This document shows positions 60,701-64,000 of a stretch of DNA of 64,000 nt, piece by piece. The position numbers and the translations under genes were made by a program. The stretch covers positions 59,210,001 through 59,274,000 of the forward strand of contig OZ286459.1 of NCBI GenBank assembly GCA_965644265.1, given 5' to 3'. The notes below the pieces were generated by a model, which was not told the DNA's origin, made no database searches, and was given only the letters and a program-made list of their open reading frames with translations. This DNA is from Glycera tridactyla. Lineage: Eukaryota. Numbering within the stretch: position 1 is the stretch's first letter; every line of letters begins with the position of its first letter.

Positions 60701-63700
60701 TTCAACATTTCTGCCAGCCAAAAGCTGAGACAGATTCTGCCCATATGCTGATGTAAGACACTCCAGGGTCCAAGGATGCAGGATCAGTTGAGAAATGGGC
60801 AGCGGAACCCCATTTGAACCCGTGGGGTCTGTGAACCTAGGGTGGTGATAGGGTCGTTTTCATGGAAAATGGCCAATTTCGGACTTTCAACATTTCTGGC
60901 AGCCAAAAGCTGAGACAGATTCTGCCTAAATGGTGATGGAAGACACTCTAGGGTGCAAGGATGCAGGATCAGTTGAGAAATGAGCAGCGGAACCCCATTT
61001 GAACCTGTGGGGGTCTGTGAACCTAGGGTGGTGGTAGGGTCGTTTTCATGAAAAAATGGCCAATTTCAGACTTTCAACATTTCTGCCAGCCAAAGGCTGA
61101 GACATATTCTGCCCATATGCTGATGTAAGACACTCCAGGGTCCAAGGATGCAGGATCAGTTGAGAAATGGGCAGCGGAACCCCATTTGAACCCGTGGGGT
61201 CTTCGAACCTAGGGTGGTGGTAGGGAGGTTTTCATGAAAAATGGCCAATTTCGGACTTTCAACATTTCTTGCAGCCAAAAGCTAAGACAGATTCTGCCTA
61301 AATGGTAGTGGAAGACACTCTAGGGTCCAAGGATGCTGGATCAGTTTCGAAATGGGCAGCGGAACCCCATTTTGATACATGGGGTGAGAAACCCAGGTGG
61401 GCAGTGGCATTTTGATGGAAGATGGCCATTTTCAGATTTTGAACGATTCTTGCAGCCAAAAGCTGAGACAGATTCTGCCAAAATGGTGATGGGAGACACT
61501 CTAGGGTCCAAGGATGCAGGATCAGTTGAAAATTGGGCAGCGGAACCCCATTTGAACCCTTGGGGTCTGTGAACCTGAGATGGTGCTAGGGTCGTTTTCA
61601 TGAAAAATGGCCAATTTCAGACTTTCAACATTTCTGGCAGCCAAAAGCTGAGACAGATTCTGCCCGTACGCTGATGGAAGACACTTGAGGGTCCAAAGAT
61701 GCAGTATCAGTTGAGAAATGAGCAGCGGAACCCCATTTTAATACATGGGGTAAGTAACCCAGGTGGGTAGTGGCATTTTGATGGAAGTTGGCCATTTTCA
61801 GAGTTTGAACGATTCTTGCAGCCAAAAGCTGAGACAGATTCTGCCAAAATGGTGATGGAAGACACTCTAGGGTCTAAGGATGAGGGTTCAGTTGTGAAAT
61901 GGGCAGCGGAACCCCATTTCAACACATGGGGTAAGTAACCGAGGTGGGTGGTGACATTTTGATGGAAGATGGCCCTTTTCAGAGTTTAGATGATTCTGGC
62001 AGCCAAAAGCTGAGACAGATTCTGCCTAAATGGTGATGGAAGACACTCTAGGGTGCAAGGATGCAGGATCAGTTGAGAAATGAGCAGCGGAACCCCATTT
62101 GAACCTGTGGGGGTCTGTGAACCTAGGGTGGTGGTAGGGTCGTTTTCATGAAAAAATGGCCAATTTCAGACTTTCAACATTTCTGCCAGCCAAAGGCTGA
62201 GACAGATTCTGCCCATATGCTGATGTAAGACACTCCAGGGTCCAAGGATGCAGGATCAGTTAAGAAATGGGCAGCGGAACCCCATTTGAACCCGTGGGGT
62301 CTTCGAACCTAGGGTGGTGGTAGGGAGGTTTTCATGAAAAATGGCCAATTTCAGACTTTCAACATTTCTGCCAGCCAAAGGCTGAGACAGATTCTGCCCA
62401 TGTGCTGATGTAAGACACTCCAGGGTCCAAGGATGCAGGATCAGTTAAGAAATGGGCAGCGGAACCCCATTTGAACCCGTGGGGTCTGTGAACCTGAGAT
62501 AGTGCTAGGGTCGTTTTCATGAAAAATTGCTAGTTTCAGACTTTCAACATTTCTGGCAGCCGAAAGCTGAGACAGATTCTGCCCGTACGCTGATGGGAGA
62601 CACTCGAGGGTCCAAGGACGCAGTATCAGTTGAAAAATGAGCAGCGGAACCCCATTCTAATACATGGGTAAGCAACCCAGGTGGGTAGTGGCATTTTGAT
62701 GGAAGTTGGCCATTTTCAGAGTTTGAACGATTCTTGCAGCCAAAAGCTAAGACAGATTCTGCCTAAATGGTGATGGAAGACACTCTAGGGTCCAAGGATG
62801 AGGGTTCAGTTGTGAAATGGGCAGCGGAACCCCATTTTAATACATGGGGTAAGAAACCCAGGTGGGCAGTGGCATTTTGATGGAAGATGGCCATTTTCAG
62901 ATTTTGAACGATTCTTGCAGCCAAAAGCTGAGACAGATTCTGCCTGAATGGTGATGGAAGACACTCTAGGGTCCAAGGATGAGGGTTCAGTTGTGAAATG
63001 GGCAGCGGAACCCCATTTCAATACATGGGGTAAGAAACCCAGGTGGGCAGTGGCATTTTGATGGAAGATGGCCATTTTCAGATTTTGAACGATTCTGGCA
63101 GCCAAAAGCTAAGACAGATTCTGCCTAAATGGTGATGGAAGACACTCTAGGGTGCAAGGATGCAGGATCAGTTGAAAATTGGGCAGCAGAACCCCATTTG
63201 AACCCGTGGGGTCTGTGAACCTGAGATGGTGCTAGGGTCGTTTTCATGAAAAATGGCCAATTTCAGACTTTCAACATTTCTGGCAGCCAAAAGCTGAGAG
63301 AGATTTTGCCGGTACGCTGATGGAAGACACTCCATGGTCCAAGGATGCAGGATCAGTTGGGAAATGAGCAGCTGATCCCCATTTTAATACATGGGGTAAG
63401 TAACCCAGGTGGGTAGTGGCATTTTGATGGAAGTTGGCCATTTTCAGAGTTTGAACGATTCTGGCAGCCAAAAGCTGAGACAGATTCTGCCTAAATGGTG
63501 ATGGAAGACACTCTAGGGTCCAAGGATGCGGGTTCAGTTGAGAAATGAGCAGCGGAACCCCATTTCAACACATGGGGTAAGTAACCGAGGTGGTTATGGC
63601 ATTTTGATGGAAGATGGCTCTTTTCAGAGTTTGGATGATTCTGGCAGCCAAAAGCTGAGACAGATTCTGCCTAAATGGTGATGGAAGACACTCCATGGTC

Positions 63701-64000
63701 CAAGGATGCGGGTTCAGTTGAGAAATGAGCAGCGGAACCCCATTTCAACACATGGGGTAAGTTATCGAGGTGGGTAGTGGCATTTTGATGGAAGTTGGCC
63801 ATTTTCAGAGTTTGAACAATTCCAGCAGCCAAAAGCTGAGACAGATTCTGCCTAAATGGTGATGGAAGACACTCTAGGGTGCAAGGATGCAGGATCAGTT
63901 GAGAAATGAGCAGCGGATCCCCATTTGAACCTGTTGGGGTCTGTGAACCTAGGGTGATGGTAAGGTCGTTTTCATGAAAAAAATGGCCAATTTCAGACTT
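51757..64000. repeat. Satellite DNA array of ~181-bp (A) and ~185-188-bp (B) monomers with an 18-mer, 3,299-bp higher-order repeat; continues past the window end
   Basis: Marker CAGCC at 58701, 58888, 59073, 59258, 59438, 59619, 59800, 59985, 60166, 60346, 60527, 60715, 60900, 61087, 61272, 61453, 61638, 61819, 62000 gives 18 intervals summing to 3,299. The pattern restarts at 62000 and also at 53268. Confidence 0.95.
56516..58651 (-). mobile_element. 5'-truncated L2/CR1-group LINE (complete RT domain, no endonuclease) inserted in the satellite
   Basis: Uninterrupted ORF 56832-58658 with NYRPISLL, QSGFRKGRST, IFLDLKKAFDTVDH, GVPQGSILGPLLF, LYADDT and KFKYLGV. 3' AATAAA (56538-56543 on -) plus (ATCTTAC)3 tail. 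The empty site GAGGTGGGTG|GTGACATTTT is visible at ~61942-61961. Net insertion 2,136 bp, junctions ambiguous by 2 nt (TG). Confidence 0.93.

Noticed and set aside
51875-63471. Recurring ORFs (MAARIVQTLK..., MKTTLAPSQV..., MLDQFRNG...)
   Set aside because: They are translations of satellite monomers, repeating with the HOR period, with no domain content.
51757-64000. CRISPR-like or CENP-B-box interpretation of the array
   Set aside because: There are no unique spacers and the context is eukaryotic. The CTTCGAACCTAGGGTGG variant does not fit the CENP-B box TTCG....A..CGGG.

Overview
Animal (invertebrate-type) nuclear DNA, rich in introns, microsatellites and repeats, with about 20 uninformative N blocks. 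The species cannot be determined from sequence alone. Four protein-coding loci are recognisable, all on the + strand. (1) The 3' eight exons of an SLC43-family (SLC43A3-like) MFS transporter, 2823-9840. (2) A complete 147-aa intracellular globin in four exons, 25380-28828, with introns at B12.2, G7.0 and a central intron at E15.0, the position known from plant haemoglobins. (3) An intact, intronless TADA2A (ADA2a), 36811-38121, with a CpG-rich promoter. (4) The first coding exon of a hydroxypyruvate isomerase (HYI) at 50817. From about 51757 to the window end lies a satellite of ~181/~186-bp monomers organised as an 18-monomer, 3,299-bp higher-order repeat (9 A-type + 9 B-type), interrupted once by a young 5'-truncated L2/CR1-group LINE. 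Other elements: a ~2-kb foldback element with modular inverted arms (21939-23929), a second LINE 3' end, TA-flanked pogo/Tc1-type MITEs, two SINE-like families, a Pol III (A-box/B-box) tRNA-like unit, and splice signals plus CpG depletion suggesting unannotated minus-strand transcription units on both sides of TADA2A.
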